Made by a program: the position numbers and the translations under genes. DNA of 64,000 bases from a virus. This document shows positions 39,012-49,032 of the stretch, one piece after another. The stretch lies in the IMG/VR virus record IMGVR_UViG_3300020462_000004, positions 3,393 to 67,392 of that record; one strand, 5' to 3'. Position 1 is the stretch's first letter. Every line of letters begins with the position of its first letter. The notes beneath the pieces are model-generated. The model was not told the origin of the DNA and ran no database searches. It saw nothing but the letters and a program-made list of their open reading frames with translations.

Positions 39012-39416
39012 ATGGCAACTCAAGTTCAATTTAGAAGAGGAACAACAGCTGAGCACAACAATTTTAGAGGTGCTGATGGAGAAGTAACTGTAGATACTTC
39101 TATAAAAACTGTTGTAGTACATGACGCAGTAACAGTAGGTGGATTCCCTTTATTAAGACAAGATGCTTCTAATTCTCAATTAGAAAGAGGTTCTTCTACT
39201 AATTGTGCTTTAAAATTTGCTGGAGATTTTGACACAGGGATTATAAGTCCGGCTTCTGACGAGTTAGCTTTAGTTACTGGTGGGTCTAGTCGTCTTACAA
39301 TAGATTCTAATGGAGCTGCGACCTTTACAGGTAATGTCCAAATTAATGGACAATTATCAATTACTGGTAATGTAAACTCTGAGGAAAACTTAGCACTAAT
39401 TATTGCTTTAGGATAA
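39012..39416 (+). CDS. Tail protein with Mtd N-terminal-like domain
   Basis: VQFRRGTTAEH...GEVTVDT...VVHD...GGFPL; ends IIALG. Confidence 0.7.
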   Translation: MATQVQFRRGTTAEHNNFRGADGEVTVDTSIKTVVVHDAVTVGGFPLLRQDASNSQLERGSSTNCALKFAGDFDTGIISPASDELALVTGGSSRLTIDSNGAATFTGNVQINGQLSITGNVNSEENLALIIALG

Positions 39417-39417
39417 T

Positions 39418-39759
39418 ATGGCAAACACCTTCAAAGTTGATACGAAATCAAGTTGTGTAACTGATGCACATAGCAGCACTAATGCAAATGTTTTAACAGC
39501 CGGTAGCTCTGCAACATTAGTTCTTTTGAGTATATTAGTTTCCAATAAAACAGCATCTAGTGCTGATGTAGATGTTTTTTTAGTTACTAATACAGGAGAT
39601 GATGTATTTCTTTTAAGAAATGCCCCAGTTCCAGCTGGATCTTCTCTTGAATTAATTAGTGGATCAAAAGTTATTATGGAATCTAATGATGTTTTGAGAA
39701 TAAGAACTGATACTGCAAGCACTCTTGATGTAGCTGTAAGTTACTTAGAACAGACTTAA
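39418..39759 (+). CDS. Conserved small tail-associated protein
   Basis: MANTFK...VPAGSSLEL...SYLEQT pattern common in marine phages. Confidence 0.65.
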   Translation: MANTFKVDTKSSCVTDAHSSTNANVLTAGSSATLVLLSILVSNKTASSADVDVFLVTNTGDDVFLLRNAPVPAGSSLELISGSKVIMESNDVLRIRTDTASTLDVAVSYLEQT

Positions 39760-39760
39760 A

Positions 39761-40078
39761 ATGGGATTATCAGTTAATAATGATCTTGTAACTTTATCAA
39801 ATAATTTTGAAAGTCTTAAAGCAAAAGTTGAGGCTATCGAAATTATAGTTTATGGTGAAAAAGTTTTAGAACTAGATGATTCTTCTTGGGAAAATATTAG
39901 AAAAAAACGAGATTATATTTTAAAATCTACAGACTGGACTGTCACTCCAGGTTGTTCTGTTGATCAGGCTCAGTGGTCTGCTTACCGACAAAACCTTAGA
40001 GATATACCTCAAACATATACTGTAATTAATGACGTAGTTTGGCCTACTCAGCCATCTAAATTAGGACCTAATAGTTAG
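39761..40078 (+). CDS. Tail fibre assembly chaperone
   Basis: IRKKRDYILKSTDW...YRQNLRDIP...WPTQP. Confidence 0.8.
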   Translation: MGLSVNNDLVTLSNNFESLKAKVEAIEIIVYGEKVLELDDSSWENIRKKRDYILKSTDWTVTPGCSVDQAQWSAYRQNLRDIPQTYTVINDVVWPTQPSKLGPNS

Positions 40079-40145
40079 AAAGTCTCCATATTTACTAAGC
40101 TTAAAATGATTAAAGAAATTAAGAAGAATTCTGGATTAATCTGCT

Positions 40146-40886
40146 ATGCCATATATTGGAAATAATATTCGTTCTGCTGATGATTACAGATTAATTGATG
40201 ATGTAAGCAGTAGTTTTAACGGAAGCACTACGAGTTTTCCTTTACAAGTTTCAGGAGTTTCACCTGCACCTTTTCCAAAATCACCACAACAAGTCCTAAT
40301 ATCTGTAAACGGTGTTATTCAGGAACCTGATCCTACTGGAACTGCAGGATTTAATATTGTAGGAAATAATATAGTTTTTAGTTCAGCTCCAGCGAATGGA
40401 CAAGCATTTTTTGGAATAATATATGCAACAGCTGATTACATAAATGCAGGAGGAACATTTCCTGCTGGTTCGAGTAATCTTCCTTCTATAACTTTTTCTG
40501 CAGATACAGATACAGGATTATATAGAAAGGCATCTGGTACTGTTGGATTTGTTTCAGACGGTACTGAGGTAGGAAGTTTTGATAGTAATGGAATAAATAG
40601 TAGTGCACTGAATATAACAGGTACTGTCAGCAGTAATGCAATGAGTGTAACAGGCACCGTTACTGCAAATGCTTTTTCAGGAGATGGATCGTCCTTAACG
40701 AATTTACCATCATCAGGAGGTACAGTTGGTCCAGGAACTGAAAAGTTATTTGTTGAAGCAGAAAACCAAATGGATGCCAGTTTTGCGACACAACAAAATT
40801 TTAATTATGTAGCAGCAAGTCCTATGACTATTGCTTCAGGGGCTGTTCTTACAGTGAGTGCAAACTCTACCATGACGTTTGTCTAA
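40146..40886 (+). CDS. Tail fibre protein
   Basis: MPYIG...FNGSTTSF...VSVNGVIQEP; DTDTGLY repeat; FSGDGSSLT. Confidence 0.75.
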   Translation: MPYIGNNIRSADDYRLIDDVSSSFNGSTTSFPLQVSGVSPAPFPKSPQQVLISVNGVIQEPDPTGTAGFNIVGNNIVFSSAPANGQAFFGIIYATADYINAGGTFPAGSSNLPSITFSADTDTGLYRKASGTVGFVSDGTEVGSFDSNGINSSALNITGTVSSNAMSVTGTVTANAFSGDGSSLTNLPSSGGTVGPGTEKLFVEAENQMDASFATQQNFNYVAASPMTIASGAVLTVSANSTMTFV

Positions 40887-40907
40887 CAACTTTCTTATTT
40901 AAAAATC

Positions 40908-41603
40908 ATGTCAAAAGTTATTGTTGATGAAATCCAAACTGATACCACGAATGGGAATGTAAGAGTCATTCCTAATGGTACTGGAGCATTAGAGGTAAAA
41001 GGTGCTGGTGGTGATGATGCAATGCTTCAATTAAACTGCTCTGCCCAATCACATGGTGTAAAGATAAAATCCCCTGCTCATAGTGCTGGACAATCTTATA
41101 CAATGATTTTGCCTGATAATAACGTAACAGCAGACAAAGTTTTAAAAGTAAAAAGTATTACAGGTAGTGGAGCAACAGCAATCGGGCAGTTAGAGTTTGG
41201 TGATGCTGGGGATCTTTCTGGGTTACTTAAAGAAGGTGTGAAAATAACTGCTGGTAAATTAAGTGATAATTTAAATATTGATTTAGCAGATGGAATGGTT
41301 CATTATTTTACAACTCAAGAAACAACTACATCTACACCTAATATTAGATTCAGCAGTTCCGCTACTCTCGACTCTAATATGAGTGTTGGAGAAGCTATAT
41401 CAGTAACGCTTATCACAACTGCTGCAGCTGCTGCTTATTCTGCACAACTAACAATTGATGGTGCTGCGGTTACAGAGAATTGGGTTGGAGGGTCTGCTCC
41501 TTCGGATGGAGGTTCAAGTGGTGTTGATATTCACGCTTACACAATTATTAAAACAGGATCAGCAACTTTTACTGTAATTGCAAATCAAAGTAAAACATCA
41601 TAA
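40908..41603 (+). CDS. Tail fibre adaptor, cassette 1
   Basis: MSKVIVDEIQ start; C-terminal WVGGSAPS...GVD domain; 171-nt block shared with the 60801 gene. Confidence 0.7.
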   Translation: MSKVIVDEIQTDTTNGNVRVIPNGTGALEVKGAGGDDAMLQLNCSAQSHGVKIKSPAHSAGQSYTMILPDNNVTADKVLKVKSITGSGATAIGQLEFGDAGDLSGLLKEGVKITAGKLSDNLNIDLADGMVHYFTTQETTTSTPNIRFSSSATLDSNMSVGEAISVTLITTAAAAAYSAQLTIDGAAVTENWVGGSAPSDGGSSGVDIHAYTIIKTGSATFTVIANQSKTS

Positions 41604-41609
41604 TTCAAA

Positions 41610-42749
41610 ATGAAATTTGAGCATTCATTATATCAAAAGCCTTTGTCAATGACTGGGTTTGGTGGTGGTGCTACCTCACTTTCTGTTGCTGGTGCTGCTG
41701 GTGGTAATCCATTTGATAACATGAGTAATTTTCCTGGTGCAACTAGAGTTGGTACTACTAATGTAATTTATTACTCTAGTGCTGGAACTACATACTCATT
41801 TACAGATCCCAATGGAGGGGCATCAACATTCAGATTTACAGCGGTTGGTGGAGGTGGGTCATCAAATGGAGATGCTGGTGGTTGGTATGGAGTAATTGGC
41901 GGTGGCGGTGGCGGTGCTGCTAGAGGAGAAATACAGACTTCTCAAACATTAAATATCAATGTTGGTTATGGTGGGGGTAGTCCAGCTCAGGGAGGTCTTA
42001 CCGGAACTGCCGGTAATAATTCTACCTATGTCAGTGATAGTGTAACTGGACAGTTTAATAATTATGATCGTGTACGTGGAAGAGGTGGAGTTTCATATGT
42101 ATCAAATGCAACATCAGGTACTTGGTTAATTTATGGTACAGGCGGAATGCCAGGGCTATATGGATATCCCCCAACTGCTCAGGGAGATTTACAAAGTGCA
42201 CACTCCACTGGATATGGAGTTCGTAATGGTGGAAGAGGATTTTGGGAGAATGGTGGATATGGAACCATTGCTTCTGGCGGAGGTGTTACTGTAAATAATG
42301 GATCTACTGAAGCTGGTGGAACTGGTGGATGTGCTGCTCATAAAGATAGTGGTAGTTTAAGTTATACAAGACATCCTCTTGATTTGTATAATACATACTC
42401 AAGTCATGCCAGTTTTATAGCTACTGCTGGTCAAAATACTACATATGCTGGACCAGGAGGAGGGGGTGGTTCAGATTATGAAGAAAGTTATGAAAATGCA
42501 AGTCAAGTCAACACTAATGTAGCTGGTGCTGCAGGTGGAACTGCCTCTGGATTAAACACATTATTATCTGGGTCTGGGTTATCAAGTGCAGGTGGTAATG
42601 GTGCTAATTCAGGATCAAATGGGACTCAGGCAACTAGAGGTACAGTTGGAGGTGGTAGTGGAGGAAACTCTAGACACAATGCTAATAGTACTTGGGATGA
42701 TAATTTTGTTGAAGGAAATGGAATCATAATTGTAGAATATCTTGGATAA
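41610..42749 (+). CDS. Glycine-rich adhesin, cassette 1
   Basis: AVGGGG...GGGGGG motifs, aromatic-rich loops, ends GNGIIIVEY. Confidence 0.7.
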   Translation: MKFEHSLYQKPLSMTGFGGGATSLSVAGAAGGNPFDNMSNFPGATRVGTTNVIYYSSAGTTYSFTDPNGGASTFRFTAVGGGGSSNGDAGGWYGVIGGGGGGAARGEIQTSQTLNINVGYGGGSPAQGGLTGTAGNNSTYVSDSVTGQFNNYDRVRGRGGVSYVSNATSGTWLIYGTGGMPGLYGYPPTAQGDLQSAHSTGYGVRNGGRGFWENGGYGTIASGGGVTVNNGSTEAGGTGGCAAHKDSGSLSYTRHPLDLYNTYSSHASFIATAGQNTTYAGPGGGGGSDYEESYENASQVNTNVAGAAGGTASGLNTLLSGSGLSSAGGNGANSGSNGTQATRGTVGGGSGGNSRHNANSTWDDNFVEGNGIIIVEYLG

Positions 42750-42773
42750 AATTAGACAATTTAAACTAGATAT
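42746..42773 (+). repeat. 28-bp inter-cassette element, copy 1
   Basis: ATAAAATTAGACAATTTAAACTAGATAT. Confidence 0.8.
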
Positions 42774-42797
42774 TATAAGAAAATTATTTTTTTAGAT

Positions 42798-43301
42798 ATG
42801 TCAACAATAAAGGTAGATGATATACAATCTAGGCAAAGTACAGATGATGCAATATCACTTGCGTCTGATTCTTCTGTTTCTCTAAAACACTCAGCATCCG
42901 CTAAATTAACTACGACAGCTACAGGCGTAAGTATTACTGGAGCGTGTTCTGCAACATCAGTTACAGCTACATCAGTTGAAGATTCAAAAGGAAATTTACG
43001 TTCTATTCCAAATAGAAATGAATCCTCAGCTTATACACTTGTAGCTGCTGATGCTGGTAAATGTATAACAGCTGATGATGGTGTGACTGTACCAGCCAAC
43101 GTGTTTGCTGCTGGCGATTTAGTAACAATTATCAATAATGCAGGTTCAGACAAAACAATAACCCAAGGATCAGGATTAACAATGAGAGATACAGGTAATG
43201 ATGGTGCTACTGGAAACGTATCTGTAAAAACATATTCAATGTCTACACTTCTTTTTATAAGTACAACTCTTTGTTATTTTTCAACCACTAATAAAGCATA
43301 A
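42798..43301 (+). CDS. Tail fibre adaptor, cassette 2
   Basis: MSTIKVDDIQ start; ASDSSVSLKHS...GVSITG shared with the 44500 gene; AYTLVAADAGK domain. Confidence 0.7.
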   Translation: MSTIKVDDIQSRQSTDDAISLASDSSVSLKHSASAKLTTTATGVSITGACSATSVTATSVEDSKGNLRSIPNRNESSAYTLVAADAGKCITADDGVTVPANVFAAGDLVTIINNAGSDKTITQGSGLTMRDTGNDGATGNVSVKTYSMSTLLFISTTLCYFSTTNKA

Positions 43302-43312
43302 AATTTTAAGTT

Positions 43313-44446
43313 ATGCCGAGTTCACAAATTTTATTAGCAACAACTAAATCTTCAGGCGTTGATCCAGTTGTTCCCTTTAACCTTACATTAAATGGACTAT
43401 ATACTTCAAACCCTAGGCTTGGAGACACTACTTCAGAGCAAAGTACTTGGTGGGGCACTCAAACTTATGATGCTGTTTTTGCTTCGAACATTGGACAGCA
43501 ATCATATCAGGGATTTTATGCATTTACAGCAGGAAAAAATGCTACATTGACCGCAACTTTGGGAGGTGCATCAGGGTGGGCTTATACTAGAGGTAGATCA
43601 ATAACTGCAACTTTTTCTATATCTGTAGGTGATCGAATTGTATTTTTTGCTGGCAAGTCTGGTAACACTGGAACAAACGCTAATCAAGGAGGAGCTGGAG
43701 GAGCAAGTTGTTTAATGAAATATGGTAGTTCACTTTCTAGTGATGCCGATTATGTAAATGGTTTTGTTCCTTTAATAATTGCAGCAGGAGGTGGAGGTGG
43801 AGATGTAGCTAATGGTTCACAAGCTAACGAATTAGCTTCCGCTGCACCACCATTATCAACTACGACAAGTAACACTGCTACTCAAATTATGGCTGTAAGA
43901 AACAATTTTTATCCAAGTGCAAATTTAGTTGCTAAACAGGGCGGTGCTGGAAGAGATGATAATGCTGGTGGGGGGTATATGGCACATACTGGAGGTAATG
44001 GCTGGGCAGGTCCATCTAGACATCACTTGACAGGAAATGCCACTGACATAAATCTTTCTGGCATAAGTTACCCAGCTGTAGGTATAGCTTATGGTGCAAA
44101 GGGAAATATTAAATTAGATGCTACTAGTGGCGATGGTGGTTTTGGTGGTGGTGGATCAGATTATGGGAACAATAGTTATGGTTCTGGTGGTGGAGGATAT
44201 TATGGTGGCAATGAAAGTGTAGGAGCTAATAGTATACTAAACAATGCTTACACTGCGTATACTTATTATGATGCTGCTGGTAATCAACACCAAACAGAAG
44301 GCGACATGAGACATGGTTCTTTATCTTTTGTACATAGTAGTGGAAGTAGTGTAACTGACAATGGACTCTATGGTGCTGGTTCTAATTATGGTGTCTCTAC
44401 ACTCTCTGGGCAACAACAAGGTAGAGTTTATTTATCATTTACATAG
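43313..44446 (+). CDS. Glycine-rich adhesin, cassette 2
   Basis: LIIAAGGGGG, GGFGGGG, GGGGYYGG; ends GRVYLSF. Confidence 0.7.
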   Translation: MPSSQILLATTKSSGVDPVVPFNLTLNGLYTSNPRLGDTTSEQSTWWGTQTYDAVFASNIGQQSYQGFYAFTAGKNATLTATLGGASGWAYTRGRSITATFSISVGDRIVFFAGKSGNTGTNANQGGAGGASCLMKYGSSLSSDADYVNGFVPLIIAAGGGGGDVANGSQANELASAAPPLSTTTSNTATQIMAVRNNFYPSANLVAKQGGAGRDDNAGGGYMAHTGGNGWAGPSRHHLTGNATDINLSGISYPAVGIAYGAKGNIKLDATSGDGGFGGGGSDYGNNSYGSGGGGYYGGNESVGANSILNNAYTAYTYYDAAGNQHQTEGDMRHGSLSFVHSSGSSVTDNGLYGAGSNYGVSTLSGQQQGRVYLSFT

Positions 44447-44448
44447 AT

Positions 44449-44476
44449 ATAAAATTAGCTATTTTAAACTAGATAT
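44449..44476 (+). repeat. 28-bp inter-cassette element, copy 2
   Basis: ATAAAATTAGCTATTTTAAACTAGATAT. Confidence 0.8.
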
Positions 44477-44499
44477 AATACAAGTTAATTAGTATTTAT

Positions 44500-45060
44500 A
44501 TGTCAACAGTAAAAGTCGAAGAAATACAACATCCATCTAACTCTAATAATGCAGTATCTATTGCATCAGATTCAAGTGTTAGTCTTAAACATAGTGGATC
44601 TGCAAAGTTGGCAACTACATCAACAGGTGTAAGTATTACTGGAACATGTACTGCAACATCATTTAGTGGAGATGGTTCGGCATTGTCCCCTGCTCCAGCA
44701 GATGCAACAAAAATGCCATTAGCAGGCGGTACGTTTACAGGTTCAGTTACTTTTGAAGATGCTATAAATGAAACCGTATATGCTATCACTGATGCTGCAT
44801 CTGTAGCCCTAGATCCTGATAATGGAATGGTGCAGACATGGACATTAGGAGCAAATAGAACTGCAACTGATAGTTTAACTACAGGTCAATCTATGCTTCT
44901 TATAGTCACTGCAACTGCATCTGCCTATACTTTGACTTGGCCTACTATGAAGTGGAACGGTGGGTCTGCTCCTACACTTGGCGGTGCTAACGCTACAGCA
45001 ATAGAATTATTTAAAGTAGGTAGTCAATTATATGGAGCTTCAGTTGGAGATCTTTCATGA
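44500..45060 (+). CDS. Tail fibre adaptor, cassette 3
   Basis: MSTVKVEEIQ start; C-terminal WNGGSAPTL domain. Confidence 0.7.
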   Translation: MSTVKVEEIQHPSNSNNAVSIASDSSVSLKHSGSAKLATTSTGVSITGTCTATSFSGDGSALSPAPADATKMPLAGGTFTGSVTFEDAINETVYAITDAASVALDPDNGMVQTWTLGANRTATDSLTTGQSMLLIVTATASAYTLTWPTMKWNGGSAPTLGGANATAIELFKVGSQLYGASVGDLS

Positions 45061-45923
45061 CATTATCGCACCAACTTCGTGCTGCTGCTGGTAATAGTGG
45101 AGGAGGAGCTGCAACTCCTGTATTTCACTATGATTTCGGTGATACTTCTTCTTGGGATGGAAGTAGTACCACAATAAACGATTTATCTGGTAATGGAAAT
45201 AATACTTCTTTTAGTAATACAAATGGTCTATCGAGAAGTCCTATTGGTTCTGCTTTTACCCTTTTATCAAGTACTGATTATTGTGTTAATAGAGGTACTT
45301 ATACCACGCCCTCTGGTGTTGGAAACAGTGTAGGAACAGGAGATTACGCAATTCAATTTGTGTGGAATGTTTATCTACGCCCTCATGGAGCTAATTATTA
45401 TTATTCCACTCAACAAATGCGTCTTTTGAACAATAGTAGTGGAAGTCCTGGATTTAGTTGGCTTGAAGGTGGTCTACTGTGGATTACTGGTGTATCTGGT
45501 AATTCCTATACTCCTGCATTCCCTACTGCTCACAATGCAGCTAGTAATGCTTCTCCTGCACATACAGTAAATGCACCTTATCCTTCAACACCAGCGACAT
45601 ATACTTCAGGGTCACCACATAGAAATTCATCTCCTTATTATGGTTATTTTGGTTGGGAACATGTAATTATCACAAGAAGATCAGGAACTTTATATGTTTA
45701 TAAAAATGGCACTCAAACCGCAAGTTATGTTAATAATGATAATTATACTACTTTTGGAGGGGCTACGGTTTTAGGTACTGGTGGGTTTACTGCTGCTAAT
45801 TATTGTGGATATAACAATTGGTTTTTAGGAGGATTAGCAATACACAAATTCTTTGATGTAGGATTAACTGATGCACAAGTAACGGCTATTTTCGATTCAG
45901 AAAAATCTCGTTTCAGTTTATAA
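45057..45923 (+). CDS. LamG/concanavalin-like lectin tip protein, cassette 3
   Basis: DLSGNGNN, WEHVIITR...LYVYKNG, LTDAQV...KSRF motifs. Confidence 0.7.
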   Translation: MTLSHQLRAAAGNSGGGAATPVFHYDFGDTSSWDGSSTTINDLSGNGNNTSFSNTNGLSRSPIGSAFTLLSSTDYCVNRGTYTTPSGVGNSVGTGDYAIQFVWNVYLRPHGANYYYSTQQMRLLNNSSGSPGFSWLEGGLLWITGVSGNSYTPAFPTAHNAASNASPAHTVNAPYPSTPATYTSGSPHRNSSPYYGYFGWEHVIITRRSGTLYVYKNGTQTASYVNNDNYTTFGGATVLGTGGFTAANYCGYNNWFLGGLAIHKFFDVGLTDAQVTAIFDSEKSRFSL

Positions 45924-45939
45924 CAGTTAAAATATTATT

Positions 45940-46392
45940 ATGGAATACGCAATCATTGAAAATACAGCTGGTGGTACACCTACTGTAAAAAGCACTGGAA
46001 GTATTCAAGAGTTATTTCCTAATACAAGTTTCACCGCCTCTGGGCCTAATGCAAATTTTTTAGCAGAAAATAGTGTTGTTGAATTTGTAAAAACTCTAAG
46101 TTATACTTCACCGACACAAAAATTGGTTCCAGTAGAACCTTATATAGATAGTAGTAAAGTTTACAATGTCAAAGTAGAATCTACTACTACAGATGAACAA
46201 GCTGCTCTTACTAACACCCAATGGCAACTTGTAAGAACAGAAAGAAATGTTTTATTAGAACGAACAGATTGGAGAGCTGGTAGTGATTTAACTATTTCGG
46301 ACGAATGGAAGACCTATCGCCAAGCTCTTAGAGATGTTCCTACACAATCTGATCCATTCAACATTACTTGGCCTACAGAACCAGTGGCATAA
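45940..46392 (+). CDS. Tail fibre assembly chaperone
   Basis: VRTERNVLLERTDW...YRQALRDVP...WPTEP. Confidence 0.8.
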   Translation: MEYAIIENTAGGTPTVKSTGSIQELFPNTSFTASGPNANFLAENSVVEFVKTLSYTSPTQKLVPVEPYIDSSKVYNVKVESTTTDEQAALTNTQWQLVRTERNVLLERTDWRAGSDLTISDEWKTYRQALRDVPTQSDPFNITWPTEPVA

Positions 46393-46416
46393 AATTAGCC
46401 ATTTTAAACTAGATAT
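46389..46416 (+). repeat. 28-bp inter-cassette element, copy 3
   Basis: ATAAAATTAGCCATTTTAAACTAGATAT. Confidence 0.8.
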
Positions 46417-46435
46417 AAAGTAATAGAAAATTTAG

Positions 46436-47692
46436 ATGGCATACATAGGGACAGAACCTAATTTCCTAAATCAGAATAGGGAGGTTGATGATATAAGCGG
46501 TAGTTTTAACGGAAGTACTACGACTTTTAACTTACAAGTTTCTGGTCAGAATGTAAATCCAGAAAGTGTAAATAATATTTTAGTTTCTGTTGGTGGTGTA
46601 TTACAAAATCCAGGAACGGATTATACGATTAATGCAGCCACTATAGTTTTTGCAACAGCTCCAGCTAGTGGATTAGATTTTTGGGGATTGATATTAGGTG
46701 AATTAGTCAATATTGGATCTGTATCTGATGGAACAATAACAACGTCAAAAATTCTTGATGATGCTGTGACTGCTGGTAAATTAGCAGACACGTCAGTTAC
46801 TGCTGGTAGTTATACAAATGCAAGTATTACAGTTGATGCACAGGGAAGACTCACAGCAGCCTCTTCTGGCTCTGGAGGAGGAATAACTGTACAAGATGAA
46901 GGTAGTGCGTTATCTACAGCTGCAACTACTCTAGATTTTGTTGGTGCTGGTGTCACTGCATCTGGTACTGGTGCGTCTAAAACAATTACAATTCCAGGTG
47001 GAGGAATTTCAGGTATCGATGTACAGGATGAAGGTAGTGCGTTATCTACAGCTGCGACTACTCTAGATTTTGTTGGTGCTGGTGTCACTGCTTCTGGTAC
47101 TGGAGCTTCTAAAACAATTACTGTACCGGGCGGTGGTGGTGGTATGGAATTGATAAGTGCAACAGAAGTGACAAACAGTGCTACTACAGTAGATTTAACG
47201 GGGTTTTCAACTAATACTATGTATCAAATAGTTGGGATGTTAGATATGAATTATGGTGGGCTAACAAGTACTACTGGAAATGCTTCATATTCCACAACAT
47301 TATATATGCAAGGTTATATAGGTAGTAGTCGGCAAACTGGTTCAGTCCATGCCATGAAATATTCCTACGGTAATAGTACTTGGGCTAATTCAAGCGAATC
47401 TTCTTGGAAATGGTATGCCGATAGTAATTATAGGTACATGATTTTTTATCTTGATTTTTCTACATACTCACCTTCTGGTTTACATGGACGTGGTTATTAC
47501 ATAGGTCAAAACAGATCTCCTAACAATTTGGCTACTGGTACTATGTATACTAGTATTAGTGAAACAGAAGTTTGGTTTCAGTATATGCCATCAGTATTTA
47601 CTTCTAACCTTTCAGGATTAAGGTTTTTCAACAGTCAAGGATCTTCGTTCCAAAATAGTAAATTCTTACTTTACAAATACAAGGAGAGTTAA
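46436..47692 (+). CDS. Tail fibre protein, cassette 4, with an internal 132-nt duplication
   Basis: N-terminus paralogous to the 40146 gene; VQDEGSALSTAATTLDFVGAGVTASGTGASKTIT twice (46888, 47020). Confidence 0.75.
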   Translation: MAYIGTEPNFLNQNREVDDISGSFNGSTTTFNLQVSGQNVNPESVNNILVSVGGVLQNPGTDYTINAATIVFATAPASGLDFWGLILGELVNIGSVSDGTITTSKILDDAVTAGKLADTSVTAGSYTNASITVDAQGRLTAASSGSGGGITVQDEGSALSTAATTLDFVGAGVTASGTGASKTITIPGGGISGIDVQDEGSALSTAATTLDFVGAGVTASGTGASKTITVPGGGGGMELISATEVTNSATTVDLTGFSTNTMYQIVGMLDMNYGGLTSTTGNASYSTTLYMQGYIGSSRQTGSVHAMKYSYGNSTWANSSESSWKWYADSNYRYMIFYLDFSTYSPSGLHGRGYYIGQNRSPNNLATGTMYTSISETEVWFQYMPSVFTSNLSGLRFFNSQGSSFQNSKFLLYKYKES

Positions 47693-47974
47693 ATGAACAA
47701 GTATGTAAACGGTGTATTAGTTGAAATGACTGATGCAGAAATCGCAGAATTTAATGCGAGTCTACCAACAGATGCTGAACGTCTTGCAGAATCATGGCTA
47801 CAGGTAAGAAACTATAGAAATCGTTTATTGTTAGAGACAGATTGGGTAGCAGCAAGAGCATCTGAAACAGGAGTTGCTGTAAGTGACGATTGGAAAACCT
47901 ATCGCCAAGCTCTTAGAGATGTCCCAACACAATCCGATCCAAATAATATTACATGGCCTACAAAGCCTAGTTAA
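47693..47974 (+). CDS. Tail fibre assembly chaperone
   Basis: RNRLLLETDW...YRQALRDVP...WPTKP; 3' DNA nearly identical to the 45940 gene. Confidence 0.8.
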   Translation: MNKYVNGVLVEMTDAEIAEFNASLPTDAERLAESWLQVRNYRNRLLLETDWVAARASETGVAVSDDWKTYRQALRDVPTQSDPNNITWPTKPS

Positions 47975-48043
47975 AACGAGATAGTTATTAGCAACTTGCA
48001 GTAATTAGATCAATTTAGTAAAATTTAAATAAATACTAAAAAA

Positions 48044-48271
48044 ATGCAGAAAATTTTTAATGCAATAGCTGTTGCTTCAGGAGTACTCTCTTTAACAGTT
48101 GTAGGTAGTGGTTTGTTTGTTTACATCAATAAAGATGCAATAATAAACACTATAAAAGAAAAAGCTATGGAATCAATTACAGGTAATCTAGGGGGTGCTT
48201 TAGGAGACTCTCTTCCTATACCTGATGTTACTGGTCCAGTAGTACCTAAACTTCCTTCAACTAATTTTTAA
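48044..48271 (+). CDS. Conserved cyanophage membrane protein
   Basis: MQKIFNAIAVASG N-terminal TM helix. Confidence 0.65.
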   Translation: MQKIFNAIAVASGVLSLTVVGSGLFVYINKDAIINTIKEKAMESITGNLGGALGDSLPIPDVTGPVVPKLPSTNF

Positions 48272-48273
48272 AA

Positions 48274-49032
48274 TTGTCTGATATTCCAGAAATTTTAATA
48301 AATACTGTAGTTATTCCTAAACTTGATAATTATTATTTTTCTACTGTACAATCATTACCGCAGAGTCCTCCAGTAACTTTACAGATTGGTAATCCAATCA
48401 TAGATTTGCCAGGCTGTGTTAAATTTAATGATTTAAACAAAAAATCAAAAAATTTAGTAGATGAGGATGAGAGAGGTAATGTAGTTTTATGTGATGCTGG
48501 ATCTCCTACTTATGAAGCAATAGATTACCAGCCAGAAGAATTAATTTATGTTGAAGATGCTGTAGTTCCTAATGTACGAACTGCACCAAGAAAAGAACAA
48601 GAACAAGAAGAAGAAAAAAATAATGAAAGTGAATTAGGAACCCCTGATCCAAAATTAGATAATGTACCAAAAGATAATCAGAAAGAATGCCCAGCTCCAA
48701 ATCAACCAAGAGTTGGAGATTTAACACGTAGTGGAGATGAGATAGTTGTAGGTCATGAATTACAAGGAAATATTTGTGTAATTTTGTATGAACCAAGTTC
48801 TAGTCTTGAAAAACTACTTCCAAATACATCACAAGTAAGCACTACAGCTGCAATCGCAGTCGTAGCAACGGCTTCGGCAGCTGCAACACCTATCTTATTA
48901 AAATTAATAAAGCCCTTAATAAAGCAACTTATAAAGAGAATTAAAGGTTTATTAGGAAAAAAAGATAGAGAAAAATTTAAAGGATTGCAAAGAAAAAAGA
49001 AACTTATTTCGGAATCGAATGAAGATGATTAG
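48274..49032 (+). CDS. Conserved cyanophage protein with a C-terminal membrane anchor
   Basis: PGCV...CDA...CP...C; TTAAIAVVATASA followed by a basic tail. Confidence 0.65.
   Translation: MSDIPEILINTVVIPKLDNYYFSTVQSLPQSPPVTLQIGNPIIDLPGCVKFNDLNKKSKNLVDEDERGNVVLCDAGSPTYEAIDYQPEELIYVEDAVVPNVRTAPRKEQEQEEEKNNESELGTPDPKLDNVPKDNQKECPAPNQPRVGDLTRSGDEIVVGHELQGNICVILYEPSSSLEKLLPNTSQVSTTAAIAVVATASAAATPILLKLIKPLIKQLIKRIKGLLGKKDREKFKGLQRKKKLISESNEDD

Noticed and set aside
40146-47974. Diversity-generating retroelement or invertase shufflon behind adhesin diversity
   Set aside because: No reverse transcriptase, no adenine-specific TR/VR pair, no recombinase and no inverted cassettes in the window.
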